Below, in pieces: positions 29,255 through 40,281 of a stretch of DNA of 64,000 bases. The notes under the pieces were generated by a model. It ran no database searches and was not told the origin of the DNA. It was given only the letters and a program-made list of their open reading frames with translations. The position numbers were made by a program, and so were the translations under genes. How positions within the stretch are numbered: the stretch's first letter is position 1; every line of letters starts with the position of its first letter. Origin of the DNA: Methanobacteriota archaeon (GTDB taxonomy: Archaea; Halobacteriota; Bog-38; Methanoflorentales; Methanoflorentaceae); assembly GCA_963719035.1 (NCBI GenBank), contig CAVRAO010000002.1:320001-384000 (forward strand), written 5' to 3'.

Positions 29255-29583
29255 ACGACAGAGAACAAGCGCTTTTTGAAGCAGGTATAAAACTCGGAGC
29301 GTTGTATCACCAATATGTTGGCGCGCCACTTGATCTAAACACAATTCCCGCACTAGAAAAAGCAATCCAAGAAAGCATAAGCGTGCAACCTTACGTCGAG
29401 AATATTATAATTAGAATCGACAAAGATAGGGTTTCGTCGAAGCTAAACAAATTTGGCTATACTGAGCTTGAAGGTAAAATGCTCGACGTCGAACTTGTCG
29501 TGAATTATGGATCGGCAAAAGTGCTCGTCAAGATGCAATACGATGAGGATGCAGACTACCCTCTGATGTTTATCGAGAGATAA
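29251..29583 (+). CDS. mptD: Archaeal dihydroneopterin aldolase (MptD), probable ATA start
   Basis: (M)NDREQALFEAGIKLGALYHQYVG, YPLM; in-frame TAG immediately precedes ATA at 29251. Confidence 0.85.
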   Translation: MNDREQALFEAGIKLGALYHQYVGAPLDLNTIPALEKAIQESISVQPYVENIIIRIDKDRVSSKLNKFGYTELEGKMLDVELVVNYGSAKVLVKMQYDEDADYPLMFIER

Positions 29584-29717
29584 GCGAGGGGCCCGACGTT
29601 AGGCTTAGAACAGCCCTGTTTTTTGTTAATCATTGAAAAAGCTCCATTTTGCGCCTTAATTAGTCTGCAAGCGCTTCGCTTAGTTTTAAGAAGGATGATT
29701 TGTATAGTTCAATTCAT

Positions 29718-31781
29718 ATGAGCAGTGACTTCAAGGAGCGATGGGCCACCTTTTTCACTCGCTACTACGAAAAGCAGATACTGAATCTTGCGAGCGACTA
29801 TCCGGAAGTAAACAGCATTGATGTAGACTATGCTGCCCTTCAAAACTTTGACATCGCTCTAGCAGATGCGCTCCTTGACGGCCCATTACCAATCTTACGA
29901 GCAGCACATGACGCACTCCTTGAATATGACTTACCCATCGAATGCAAGCTTGACGTAGAAGTACGAATCATCAACGTTCCTGATAAAACAAATATTAGGG
30001 ACCTAAGAAGCAACCACGTAGGAAAGCTAATATCGATCGAGGGGCTCGTCCGAAAAGCCACTGAAGTCCGTCCAAAACTTGCTGAAGCAGGTTTCGAATG
30101 TCTAAGCTGTGGGAACATAACAACCGTCGAACAAGACGAAGCCAAACTTAAAGAGCCAACCGAATGCTCACACCGCGTCTGCCGGAAGAAAGGACCATTT
30201 AAGTTGAATTTCACTCATTCCAAATTCATTGATTCACAAAAAATTCGGCTGCAAGAGGCCCCAGAAGGCCTAAAAGGCGGAGAACAACCACAGATGCTCG
30301 ATGCAAATGTTGAGGCCACGCTCGCTGGAAAGGTCTTTCCTGGAGACAGAGTTGCTATGACTGGCTTGCTGCGGGTTGCACAGCGGCAGTATCAGAACGT
30401 AAAAAGCACGACGTTTGATTTATTTCTAGAGGCAAACTCAATCGAAATTCAAGACAAAGAGTTTCAGGACATTGAGATATTGCCGGAAGATGAGGTTAAA
30501 ATAATCGAACTCGCTGGGAGGGCAGGAATTGACCAAGCTATCGTTTCTTCGATAGCCCCATCAATTTTCGGTTATGAAAGCGTCAAAGAGGCAATAGCGC
30601 TCCAACTTTTTTCAGGCGTGCCGAAAACTCTTCCTGATGGCTCACACATACGGGGGGACATTCACATTCTGCTCGTTGGCGATCCTGGCATAGCAAAATC
30701 GCAACTGTTGCGATACGTAGTTCAGTTAGCGCCGAGAGGCATATACACGAGTGGCAAGAGCTCAACTTCCGCTGGATTGACCGCGACTGCGATTAAGGAT
30801 GAATTTGGCGACGGCCGGTGGACTTTAGAGGCCGGCGCCCTTGTGCTGGCGGATCAAGGGATAGCTGCCGTTGACGAGATGGACAAGATGCGAGCTGAAG
30901 ATAGATCATCTCTGCACGAAGCGATGGAGCAGCAAACCGTCAGCGTGGCGAAAGCGGGAATTATGGCTAACCTAAAGAGTCGCTGTGCCCTGTTGGGAGC
31001 TGCGAATCCTCGATATGGGAGGTTCGACCCTTACGAGTCCATAGCTGAGCAAATTAACATGCAGCCTACGCTGCTTTCTCGCTTTGACCTGATTTTCGTG
31101 CTCACCGACGTGCCGAACGAGAGCATCGACACGGGTATCGCAAAGCACATAATCCAGGCGCATTTTGCGGGAGAACTTGCCTCTTCTGGCTTCCCAAACG
31201 AGGAGGTAGAAGCCGCAATGAGCGTCATACGTCCTGTGATTGAATCTGAGCTGCTGCGTAAATTCATTGGCTACGCAAAAAGGATCAACCCAATTCTAAC
31301 CGAAGACGCCAAGCAGCAGTTCATCGACTACTACGTAGGTTTGAGGAAACAAGGCGGTGAGGGGTCACCTATCCCTATCACTGCGCGCCAGCTTGAAGCC
31401 CTCGTGCGGCTAGCCGAAGCGAGCGCTCGCACGCGATTAAGCAAATGGGTGACGCTCGATGATGCGAAACGCGTCATTCAAATCGTCGAAACTTGTCTCA
31501 AAGAGGTAGGTGTTGACCCTGAAACAGGGAAGCGGGATTTCGACGTAATTGCAGTCGGAAAAAGCAAAAGTCAACAAGAACGAATCAAAAGCATTAGGGA
31601 TATTATCAGAGAGCTCGAGCGAGAAGCGGGATCTGCGCCTCTTGATAAAATCGTAGAGAGAGCTTCAAAATTGGGCTTCGACAAGGACAAAGTTGAGGCA
31701 GAGATTACAAAATTAGTGCAAGAAGCAGCAATATTTGAGCCCGTCAGATACAGCGGCAACTACAGGCTGACACAACAATAA
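29718..31781 (+). CDS. mcm: MCM replicative helicase
   Basis: Zn finger, GDPGIAKSQ, AVDEMDKM, SRFD, C-terminal wHTH; no intein. Confidence 0.97.
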   Translation: MSSDFKERWATFFTRYYEKQILNLASDYPEVNSIDVDYAALQNFDIALADALLDGPLPILRAAHDALLEYDLPIECKLDVEVRIINVPDKTNIRDLRSNHVGKLISIEGLVRKATEVRPKLAEAGFECLSCGNITTVEQDEAKLKEPTECSHRVCRKKGPFKLNFTHSKFIDSQKIRLQEAPEGLKGGEQPQMLDANVEATLAGKVFPGDRVAMTGLLRVAQRQYQNVKSTTFDLFLEANSIEIQDKEFQDIEILPEDEVKIIELAGRAGIDQAIVSSIAPSIFGYESVKEAIALQLFSGVPKTLPDGSHIRGDIHILLVGDPGIAKSQLLRYVVQLAPRGIYTSGKSSTSAGLTATAIKDEFGDGRWTLEAGALVLADQGIAAVDEMDKMRAEDRSSLHEAMEQQTVSVAKAGIMANLKSRCALLGAANPRYGRFDPYESIAEQINMQPTLLSRFDLIFVLTDVPNESIDTGIAKHIIQAHFAGELASSGFPNEEVEAAMSVIRPVIESELLRKFIGYAKRINPILTEDAKQQFIDYYVGLRKQGGEGSPIPITARQLEALVRLAEASARTRLSKWVTLDDAKRVIQIVETCLKEVGVDPETGKRDFDVIAVGKSKSQQERIKSIRDIIRELEREAGSAPLDKIVERASKLGFDKDKVEAEITKLVQEAAIFEPVRYSGNYRLTQQ

Positions 31782-31782
31782 G

Positions 31783-32106
31783 ATGCCGGAAAAACAGATA
31801 ACCACCCTTTCGAGCATATATTTGAAGTCGTACAGTGTTAACAAGGAAATTCTAGTTGCTGCGTGCGATTCAGAACTTATCGGGCGCACATTTTGCGAAG
31901 GGGAGCTTCACTTGCATGTCAATGAAGACTTCTTCAAGGGTCAGCCGGCTGATGAAAACGAGGTGAAAAAGGCACTCGAAGAGGCCACAATCGCAAATCT
32001 TGTCGGCAAACGATCTGTTACTTGCGGCATCGACAGCGGTGTCATCGATAAGAACTGCGTCATTATGATTGGCGGTGTCCCGCACGCGCAGATGGTTGTT
32101 TTCTAA
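31783..32106 (+). CDS. DUF424 protein
   Basis: LVAACD.EL.G, FFKG, ANLVG, GVPHAQ. Confidence 0.88.
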   Translation: MPEKQITTLSSIYLKSYSVNKEILVAACDSELIGRTFCEGELHLHVNEDFFKGQPADENEVKKALEEATIANLVGKRSVTCGIDSGVIDKNCVIMIGGVPHAQMVVF

Positions 32107-32121
32107 ATCACAGGAGGCAAT

Positions 32122-33141
32122 GTGACTCTCGAAAGCATTTGTCCCAGCTGTGGTGAACCTTCGCATGGTGTGTGTGAACGCTGTCTTGCCCGAGGTCGCA
32201 CTATTCCGGCAATGCCTAGCTTCCTCTCTATACAAGTGTGTCCGACGTGCTCCGATCACTTCTTCAAGGGCAGATGGATAAACGAGGATACAAATCGCGC
32301 AGTCGCAAAGGCAGTCGAAGAGGCTCTGAAGATTGATCCCGATAAAGCAGCGTTTACGATTGTTTTAAATCAGATTTCCCCGACGATCTTACACGCACAT
32401 GTCGAAATCAACGTCTCTGAGGCGGGAGGTTCACACGTAAGTTTTGACGTAGATGTTCGTGTGAACCGAGTGGCGTGCGACAGATGCTCTAGAATATCGG
32501 GCGGTTATTACGAAAGCAAAGTTCAAATACGCGCCGACCGCAGGACGCCAGAGCGAACCGAACTCGATCGCGCTCTTGAGATTGCTGCAACAACTCTTGA
32601 ACTGGCACAGAAGACGGATCGACTAGCATTTATCGCCAAAACAATCTGGCTAAGAGAGGGCCTCGACCTTTATGTCGGCACGGTGAAAGCCGCTAAACGG
32701 ATTGCACGGGCCTTATTAAGGGAGATGGGGGGAACTCTTAGCGATTCGGCTAAGCTCACAGGACGACGCGACGGTAAGGATGTTTACCGCGTGACCTTCG
32801 TCGTGAGACTGCCCGAATTTCCGACTGGAACAATTATTTTGTCACGGCAGCATATGTATGAAATCTGTTCGACAATAAGCACGACAAACGCTGTCGACCT
32901 AGAGACCGGCTATAGAACTGCTCTGAATGCCGAGGAATTACGCACTGCAGAGCTCGCTGGCACTCGAAGTGATGCGAAACGAACTGTGTTAGTTGCGATC
33001 GATGGTGACGAGGTCCACCTGCTCGACCCTGAAACGTACGCTACTCTTACGATCAAAAAGCCTCCGTACGTGAGTAAAGAGGACGAAGGTAAAGAGGTGG
33101 GAGTCATTAAGACGCAAGAAGGGGTATTTATCCTTCCATGA
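32122..33141 (+). CDS. NMD3 family ribosome biogenesis protein
   Basis: Four CxxC pairs, GGYYESKVQIR, GLDLYVG. Confidence 0.9.
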   Translation: MTLESICPSCGEPSHGVCERCLARGRTIPAMPSFLSIQVCPTCSDHFFKGRWINEDTNRAVAKAVEEALKIDPDKAAFTIVLNQISPTILHAHVEINVSEAGGSHVSFDVDVRVNRVACDRCSRISGGYYESKVQIRADRRTPERTELDRALEIAATTLELAQKTDRLAFIAKTIWLREGLDLYVGTVKAAKRIARALLREMGGTLSDSAKLTGRRDGKDVYRVTFVVRLPEFPTGTIILSRQHMYEICSTISTTNAVDLETGYRTALNAEELRTAELAGTRSDAKRTVLVAIDGDEVHLLDPETYATLTIKKPPYVSKEDEGKEVGVIKTQEGVFILP

Positions 33142-33959
33142 AAGGGCATCAGCTGCTTGAGCAACGATTGAGGGCGCCGCTCGCTGAACACGAAAAGCTG
33201 CTGTTGCCACGGAGGTGGCAGATCCTTGGTGATTTGGTACTCGTCAACATCCCGAGCAAGATCGTGCGTCTGAAACACGAGATAGGTGAAGCGCTGCTGG
33301 AGCTTTATCCACGCTGCAAGAGCGCTTTGTGGGACAAAGGAGTGCACAGCTGCCTCCGGACGCCTGAGGTCGAAGTCATTGCAGGCTCAGGAACGAAAAC
33401 TGTCCATAAGGAAAATCGTTGCAAATTCGCCCTCGACGCGAGCCGTGTTATGTTCTCAGCAGGCAATTTTGCCGAACGCGTTCGAATGAGCACGATCGGC
33501 AGCAACGAGAGAGTCCTCGATATGTTTAGCGGCATAGGTCAGCTTAGCATTCCAATAGCTGTGCATGCCCGTCCGCAGTCGATTGTCGCTATAGAGCTCA
33601 ATTCAGTTGCATATCGCTACCTTCAGCAAAATATCAGGCTAAATAAGGTAGATAGTATCGTCCAACCCCTGTTGGGCAATTGCGCGTACGTTACCCCAAA
33701 CGCCCAATTCGACAGAGTGATCATGGGGCATTTCGACGCATGCGACTATCTTCATAAAGCGCTGCGCTCTTTAGCTCCCGAAGGGATCATTCACTATCAC
33801 GAACTCGTCCCAGTAGAATTAATGTACAAGCGACCCTATGCGCGCGTCGAGCAAGCGGCGCAAGCACTCGCGAAATCGGCCGACCTGCTTGGTACGCGCA
33901 AAGTCAAAGACTATGCTCCGGGAATTGCACATGTCGTAGTCGATGCTAGGATAAATTGA
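33138..33959 (+). CDS. Taw2/Trm5-like SAM-dependent tRNA modification enzyme
   Basis: HKENRC.F.LD, VMFSAGN..ER, VLDMFSGIG, DRVIMG. Confidence 0.85.
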   Translation: MKGHQLLEQRLRAPLAEHEKLLLPRRWQILGDLVLVNIPSKIVRLKHEIGEALLELYPRCKSALWDKGVHSCLRTPEVEVIAGSGTKTVHKENRCKFALDASRVMFSAGNFAERVRMSTIGSNERVLDMFSGIGQLSIPIAVHARPQSIVAIELNSVAYRYLQQNIRLNKVDSIVQPLLGNCAYVTPNAQFDRVIMGHFDACDYLHKALRSLAPEGIIHYHELVPVELMYKRPYARVEQAAQALAKSADLLGTRKVKDYAPGIAHVVVDARIN

Positions 33960-34896
33960 ACTCGAGTTTCACGTGGGTGGCGGCGTCAACAAGCACCTTA
34001 AGCTTTTGAAACGCAACCTCTCTCGTTTGAAGGCGCAGTCCGCAATCAGGATTGATCCACATATCGTCACCAAAAACTTCTATGCCGCGCTCGATTCGCT
34101 TCTTAACCGTTTCTACAGATTCGACCTCTGGACTGTCAGTGTCGATCACACCGAGCGCGACTTTTTTTCCACGGCCTTCAAATGCAGCTCCTGTGAGTTT
34201 GTCCAGCAAAATAGGGTATTTCGCTGCCTCCACGCCGATGTATTCAACGTTTTTTAGCTTCAGGAGCTGCTCAAGCTCCTTGAAGGACGCTACATGAGGA
34301 TGAAGCTTCACAGGAATCTCAACATCCTCGACCGCAGCGTCGATATATCCAAGAACGTTCTCTACTCCCACATTGTACAAAACTGGCTCATCGATCTGCA
34401 AAGCATCCGCTCCTGCTCGGCAAAGCTGGTCAGCTTCAAAGCGTAGCGCTTTTGCCAGGTCACTAAGCAAACGTGGGTCGAGGCTCGACCTGTACGGCGC
34501 GCCGCGGCTTATAGAAGACGATGCGGCGATTGTGACGGGCCCTGTTATGATCCCTTTGATCTTAACACCCTCTCCGGCATACTGACGTGCTAAAGTGAGG
34601 TCCTTTGCAGTAATGCTCCTCAGCGGCCGCGTGATTTTTCCAGTTATGTACGATCGCCCCTTCTCGCTTTTCATTCCCGGAATCCCGGCTGCAAACGCGC
34701 TGACCATATCAGCTCTAACTTGGCCGTCAGAGATCAGGTCGATTCCGGCTTGAACTTGATCAACGACTGCTGCCTCAATAGACGCGATGAAAGGATCCTT
34801 TCCAGCCATAAGATCCTGAACACTCATTTTGGCTTTGCAATCTTCTCCTATGGTGTGCGTCGGGTAACTCCCAACCGTGTTAGTAAGAATTACCAT
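33946..34896 (-). CDS. Core (single-barrel) methionine synthase, MetE C-terminal family
   Basis: VGSYP, SDGQVR, ITGP.T, QIDEP, NPDCGL. Confidence 0.88.
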   Translation of the reverse strand: MVILTNTVGSYPTHTIGEDCKAKMSVQDLMAGKDPFIASIEAAVVDQVQAGIDLISDGQVRADMVSAFAAGIPGMKSEKGRSYITGKITRPLRSITAKDLTLARQYAGEGVKIKGIITGPVTIAASSSISRGAPYRSSLDPRLLSDLAKALRFEADQLCRAGADALQIDEPVLYNVGVENVLGYIDAAVEDVEIPVKLHPHVASFKELEQLLKLKNVEYIGVEAAKYPILLDKLTGAAFEGRGKKVALGVIDTDSPEVESVETVKKRIERGIEVFGDDMWINPDCGLRLQTREVAFQKLKVLVDAATHVKLEFNLS

Positions 34897-35526
34897 TCAA
34901 GTGCTCCTATTTTGCACGTAATCTCGATTTATAGCGTTTATAAAATAACGTTTGCGAACGTTCTCTCGCCTGTCCTCGTCCTCTTCAAAACCCTCTGCGT
35001 TGACTGATGCGGCAAGTGTCTCCGGACAGGGATCGTAAACGAGCCTGCTTGCCGCGTTTTCAAGGTCACTAAGGCGGCGGGAGTAGAAGAGATGCGAACG
35101 GCACCTACAGTCTGACGAACCAAAGCCTCCAATGCGGGACAGCGAAGGATTTTTCCCCAAGTTTTGCGCTATGCCACATTCGATTCTCTCTTGTGTCACA
35201 ATTTCAATTGTCTCGATAACCTCAGAAACGGTTAAGAGGTAATCAATATGCCACTTTTGCGTCTTGCGACGTCCGGAAGAAATATCCAAGTGGCGCTCAA
35301 CTCGTTTGAAGCCAGCAGCCCCCATCGCCGATCCGACGTACGCATAGAAGCCTTGTGCAAATGAGATGATCCCGAGCTTTCCAACCGTCACATCTTTCGC
35401 CGACGCTAACCAAAGAATCAACACGTACGCGCCCTTAACGACATCATTCCGGGCCTTCGTTCGCTTTTGCGAAATTGAGAGACTGTTTGATCTGTTCATT
35501 GACGTTGTTTGCCGTGACCTCTCCAT
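34897..35526 (-). CDS. GIY-YIG (DUF123/Uri) nuclease family protein; start uncertain
   Basis: KGAYVL, YAYVGSA, RVERH, WHIDYL, EC, GFGSSDCRCRSHL. Confidence 0.85.
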   Translation of the reverse strand: MERSRQTTSMNRSNSLSISQKRTKARNDVVKGAYVLILWLASAKDVTVGKLGIISFAQGFYAYVGSAMGAAGFKRVERHLDISSGRRKTQKWHIDYLLTVSEVIETIEIVTQERIECGIAQNLGKNPSLSRIGGFGSSDCRCRSHLFYSRRLSDLENAASRLVYDPCPETLAASVNAEGFEEDEDRRENVRKRYFINAINRDYVQNRST

Positions 35527-36067
35527 GGCCAGGATATAATACGCTCACTTCCAGTTTCTCCAATCGCGAGATTGAACGTATCAAGTCGTGGGAGCTTCCG
35601 CCAGGCAGATCGGTCCGACCAATGCCCCCGTAAGGAAAGACCGTGTCCCCGGAAAAAAGGCTCTTCGAATTGTCATCGTAAAGGCAGATACTTCCAGGGG
35701 TGTGCCCCGGCGTGTGTATCACGTCCAAGATAGAATCTCCAAGGTCAATTTTTGTTCCGTCCCTAAGCAAAGTGTCGACATGAAATCGAGGCGCTCGAGC
35801 GCCAAAAAAATGCGCTGCTGAAGCGTTTGTCCCTATTGCTTTAGCATCGGCCTCGTGCATCATAATTTTCGTGCTACCTGGAAGTCTCAGCTGATCAACC
35901 GCTGCCGTATGATCGTAATGCAAGTGAGTCAAAATAATGCAACAGGCTTCATCTAAAGGCAACTGTTGAGCGGTTGTAAGAGACCCCAAGTCAACGATCG
36001 CTTTTTGCTCTGCAATTAACCAATAAGTGTTGCTTTCGTTAGCCCCCAAAAAGGTATCCACACGCAT
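35444..36067 (-). CDS. MBL-fold metallo-hydrolase
   Basis: THLHYDH, TPGHTPGS, GDT, PGHG. Confidence 0.93.
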   Translation of the reverse strand: MRVDTFLGANESNTYWLIAEQKAIVDLGSLTTAQQLPLDEACCIILTHLHYDHTAAVDQLRLPGSTKIMMHEADAKAIGTNASAAHFFGARAPRFHVDTLLRDGTKIDLGDSILDVIHTPGHTPGSICLYDDNSKSLFSGDTVFPYGGIGRTDLPGGSSHDLIRSISRLEKLEVSVLYPGHGEVTANNVNEQIKQSLNFAKANEGPE

Positions 36068-36198
36068 TTCTGTGAAGTACGGTTTGCGGTGTAATAAAGC
36101 TTGGGCTAGACCAATACAAAGTGGCGCGGCTCACATTTTTAAGCAACAAGCGCATAAACATTACGCAGAGGTATAAGCTAAGCATAGCTAAAAACAGC

Positions 36199-37470
36199 AT
36201 GACACTTCTAGAGGAAGCAAAGAAAGGATTAACAGATGATATAAGAAACGTTGCCAAATCAGAGGACATAGCGAGCGAGAAACTCAGGCGTAACATCGCT
36301 AGCGGTCGAACTGTCATTCCGAAAAATGTGACTCACGACGTTGCAGCGATCGGTATAGGCGACGCATTACGTACAAAAGTCAACGCTAATGTAGGAACTT
36401 CCATAGACTACGTTGAGATTAGTGAAGAGCTTGCAAAAGCAAAGACAGCCCTTAAATTCGGCGCAGACACTGTCATGGATCTTTCCACGGGCGGAGATTT
36501 AGACTACATACGAAGTGAGATTCTGCGAGAGATCCAATCTCCGATTGGTACAGTGCCGATATACCAAGCAGCAATGCGACGGGACGCCGTGGTGTCAATG
36601 ACGACAGACGACATGTTCAATGCGGTTCGTAAACACGCGCGAGATGGAGTTGATTTCATGACTATCCACGCAGGAGTCAACTTAAAGTCCCTAGAAGTGT
36701 TGAAGAAGCATAAAAGGCTTATGGGGGTCGTCAGTAGGGGGGGTGCTTTTACAATAGCATGGATGACGCACAACAACGCAGATAACCCCTTCTATGCAGA
36801 ATATGACTATCTCATAGAGCTCGCACGCGAATACGATTTCGTGATAAGTCTGGGTGACGGTATGAGATCAGGATGCTTGTTCGATGCTAGCGACCGTCCG
36901 ACGTTCATGGAGTACATTCAAATCGGAGAGCTTACGAAACGAGCTCAAGAGAACGGCGTTCAGACTCTCGTAGAAGGGCCCGGTCACGTCCCCCTTAACG
37001 AGATAGAAACCAACGTCAAGGCAATGAAATCGTTAACAGGTGGCGCACCACTCTACCTGCTTGGACCACTCGTCACAGACATAGCTCCCGGCTACGATCA
37101 CATAACGGGAGCAATTGGAGGAGCTCTCGCAGGAATGTATGGTGCCGACTTCTTGTGCATGACCACGCCATCGGAACATCTGGGGCTGCCTTCTCAAGAA
37201 GATATAAAACAAGGGGCAATCGTTACAAAGATAGCTGCTCACGTTGCTGACCTCGCGAGAGGGATGCAAAATGCACATGAACTCGACAAAGAAATGGCAA
37301 AATCGCGAGCTAGCTTGGATTGGGAGAGGCAATTCCAGCTTTCAGTGGATCCAGAGTTAGCTCGTACCAAGTACAACTGCCGTGGTCGAATGACTGATGC
37401 TTGTTCTATGTGCGGGGATCTTTGTGCGATAAAAATCGCAAAAGCAGCTTTGGAGAACTCCAAGCTATAA
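36199..37470 (+). CDS. thiC: Phosphomethylpyrimidine synthase ThiC (or ThiC-family paralogue)
   Basis: [38 protein letters not shown]. Confidence 0.92.
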   Translation: MTLLEEAKKGLTDDIRNVAKSEDIASEKLRRNIASGRTVIPKNVTHDVAAIGIGDALRTKVNANVGTSIDYVEISEELAKAKTALKFGADTVMDLSTGGDLDYIRSEILREIQSPIGTVPIYQAAMRRDAVVSMTTDDMFNAVRKHARDGVDFMTIHAGVNLKSLEVLKKHKRLMGVVSRGGAFTIAWMTHNNADNPFYAEYDYLIELAREYDFVISLGDGMRSGCLFDASDRPTFMEYIQIGELTKRAQENGVQTLVEGPGHVPLNEIETNVKAMKSLTGGAPLYLLGPLVTDIAPGYDHITGAIGGALAGMYGADFLCMTTPSEHLGLPSQEDIKQGAIVTKIAAHVADLARGMQNAHELDKEMAKSRASLDWERQFQLSVDPELARTKYNCRGRMTDACSMCGDLCAIKIAKAALENSKL

Positions 37471-37481
37471 TCCCAAGCTGC

Positions 37482-37901
37482 TTAGAGGTCTAAACCCTTA
37501 TTTGCTTCCACGTTAACTTGCAGAATTCTCAGCGCCAATAGGGCGGCATTTTTCCCATTGTCTATTCCAACCGACGCCACCGGAACTCCAGCAGGCATTT
37601 GGACAACGGAAAGCAGCGCGTCTAAACCGTTGAGCTTATTACTCACAGGGACACCTATCACGGGAGCATTTGTTTTTGAAGCAATGATGCCTGGAAGAGC
37701 TGCAGAAAGACCTGCAATAGCAATATAAACTTTAGCCTGAACTTCTCGAAGGTATTCATCAAGGCGTATTGGCTCTCGATGCGCTGAAATAACCTCGACC
37801 TCGTACGTGATACCCGCATCCTTTATTACCTCTATCGCTTTTTCTGCCACGTGCATGTCAGAAGTAGCGCCCACTAATATAGCCACGTCGGGGTGATTCA
37901 T
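37482..37901 (-). CDS. purE: N5-CAIR mutase / AIR carboxylase
   Basis: [28 protein letters not shown]. Confidence 0.93.
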   Translation of the reverse strand: MNHPDVAILVGATSDMHVAEKAIEVIKDAGITYEVEVISAHREPIRLDEYLREVQAKVYIAIAGLSAALPGIIASKTNAPVIGVPVSNKLNGLDALLSVVQMPAGVPVASVGIDNGKNAALLALRILQVNVEANKGLDL

Positions 37902-38195
37902 CGCTTTGTAGTTATCTCGCTACCGTAAAAACTCTTTCTAAACACGCAGGACGCGAACACGTGCAACGTACTTCGACGGTGTGTGTAAGATACTAATCGC
38001 GTCACAAAAAAATACGCTGTCGACCTAGTTTGAGCGAGTTTCGGTCGCGAAATAACGGAAAGCGGTTTTTTTCGCGCGAGAGGCTGCATTTGACTTTCAG
38101 TAATGTGTAGTGGCACAAAATTCTAAATAGGGTGTAGCGGTTAAATAAGGAGGCAGAGAGCTGCTTATCCGAACATAATCACAAGAGATGCTCCC

Positions 38196-39344
38196 ATGGA
38201 TAACACAGTTGAAACTGATTTATTAATGATTCCTGGACCGGTCCAAGTGGCCCCTCAAGTACTTCGCGCTTTATCAAAACCGATGATTAACCATCGTGGG
38301 CCTGAATTTAAAAAAGTGTTAGATGAGAGTCGCGAAAAACTTCGTAGCCTTTTCAACACAGAGAGCGATGTCCTCATACTTAGCGGATCCGGAACATGCG
38401 CTATGGAAGCTGCAGTCGGCAATCTCGGCGGTGATAAAAAATTCGTTGCGCTTGAAAACGGCAAGTTCGGAGAACGATTAAAAGTGCTCACCTCACTTTA
38501 TGGCAGCTCTGCGCCGGTTGTTGCCGAATGGGGCACATCGATAGACACTGACAAAGTCAAACAAGCACTGCAAGTAGGAGCAGATGCAGTCACGATCGTC
38601 CATAATGAGACCTCAACAGGTATGACAAACGACGTTTCGCAGATAAGCGCACTGTGCCGAAAATATGACGTACTTCTAATCATGGATGGGGTATCATCTA
38701 TTGGTGGCATCGAAGCACCCATAGACAAATGGGGGGTCGACATAGCGTTCACTGGCTCTCAAAAATGTCTCGGCCTTCCACCCGGTCTTTCGATGATTGC
38801 AGTAAACGATCGGGCCTGGGACTTTATTAAAACGGCGCAAAAAAGGCCTTTCTATGCTGATCTGATTGCTCATATGAAATCTGCCGAGAAGGGGCAAACA
38901 CCTTATACGCCTACTGTCCCGTTGTTCTTTGCGCTTGAGGAGGCTCTGAAAATGCTTGAAGCTGAAGGGCTTAGCGAACGTATCAACAGGTACCGCATTT
39001 ATGCGACATCTATCCGCGCTGCAATTGAAGCGATGGGCTTGGAACTATTTCCACAACTCAGTGCTTCGAGCACCTATTCAAACACAGTGACAGCCATTAA
39101 GATGCCACCTAGAATAGATTTTTTGTCGCTAAAAAATGAGATGAGACAACGGGGCATCATTATCGCAGGTGGCCAAGAACGGCTAAATGGACACATTTTC
39201 AGAATAAGTAATATGGGTAATATAAGCAAAGGTGATATATTACAGGTTATAGAGAAGCTTGAGCTCGTATTGCTTGAAAACGGCGTTGTTAATGAGATGG
39301 GGGCAGGGACGCTCGCTGCTGATTGCGTTCTTGAAGGATTATGA
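38196..39344 (+). CDS. Class V PLP aminotransferase (serine-pyruvate/aspartate type)
   Basis: MIPGP, HNETSTG, GSQKCLGLPPG. Confidence 0.92.
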   Translation: MDNTVETDLLMIPGPVQVAPQVLRALSKPMINHRGPEFKKVLDESREKLRSLFNTESDVLILSGSGTCAMEAAVGNLGGDKKFVALENGKFGERLKVLTSLYGSSAPVVAEWGTSIDTDKVKQALQVGADAVTIVHNETSTGMTNDVSQISALCRKYDVLLIMDGVSSIGGIEAPIDKWGVDIAFTGSQKCLGLPPGLSMIAVNDRAWDFIKTAQKRPFYADLIAHMKSAEKGQTPYTPTVPLFFALEEALKMLEAEGLSERINRYRIYATSIRAAIEAMGLELFPQLSASSTYSNTVTAIKMPPRIDFLSLKNEMRQRGIIIAGGQERLNGHIFRISNMGNISKGDILQVIEKLELVLLENGVVNEMGAGTLAADCVLEGL

Positions 39345-39381
39345 ACTGCGAGATTTAGTATTCATTGTGGGGGATCTTTGA

Positions 39382-39837
<456 letters not shown>

Positions 39838-39858
39838 GATAAACGAGAGGAATTATTC

Positions 39859-40281
39859 ATGGATCAAAGAGATGGTGAGAATATACGGCTTGGATTTGTC
39901 GTAGCAGAATTTAACCGAGACATTACATACCAAATGGAAATCCTTGCAAAAGAGCATGCTGCATTTTTAGGCGCTGATGTCGTGAAGACCATTTATGTTC
40001 CAGGAGTCTTTGATATGCCCTTAGCAGTAAAGAATTTGGCTTCAGATGATGAAGTAGATGCAGTAGTTACGATAGGTTGTGTAATTGAAGGCGCGACAAT
40101 GCACGACGAAATTGTTGCGCAGCACGCGACTCGTAAAATTGCGGATTTGGCGTTAGAGCACAACAAGCCAATCACATTGGGAATATCGGGTCCAAGAATG
40201 TCCCGTTTGGAAGCGCACGAGCGAGTCGATTATGCAAAAAGGGCTGTTGAAGCCGCTGTAAAACTTTTTAAAAGACTCTAA
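39859..40281 (+). CDS. ribH: 6,7-dimethyl-8-ribityllumazine synthase
   Basis: VVAEFN, VPGVFDMP, VIEGATMHD. Confidence 0.95.
   Translation: MDQRDGENIRLGFVVAEFNRDITYQMEILAKEHAAFLGADVVKTIYVPGVFDMPLAVKNLASDDEVDAVVTIGCVIEGATMHDEIVAQHATRKIADLALEHNKPITLGISGPRMSRLEAHERVDYAKRAVEAAVKLFKRL

Noticed and set aside
35425-35450. Third non-canonical start (GTT) for the GIY-YIG gene
   Set aside because: Equally explained by the upstream ATG at 35526 or a one-base indel after an ATGA overlap
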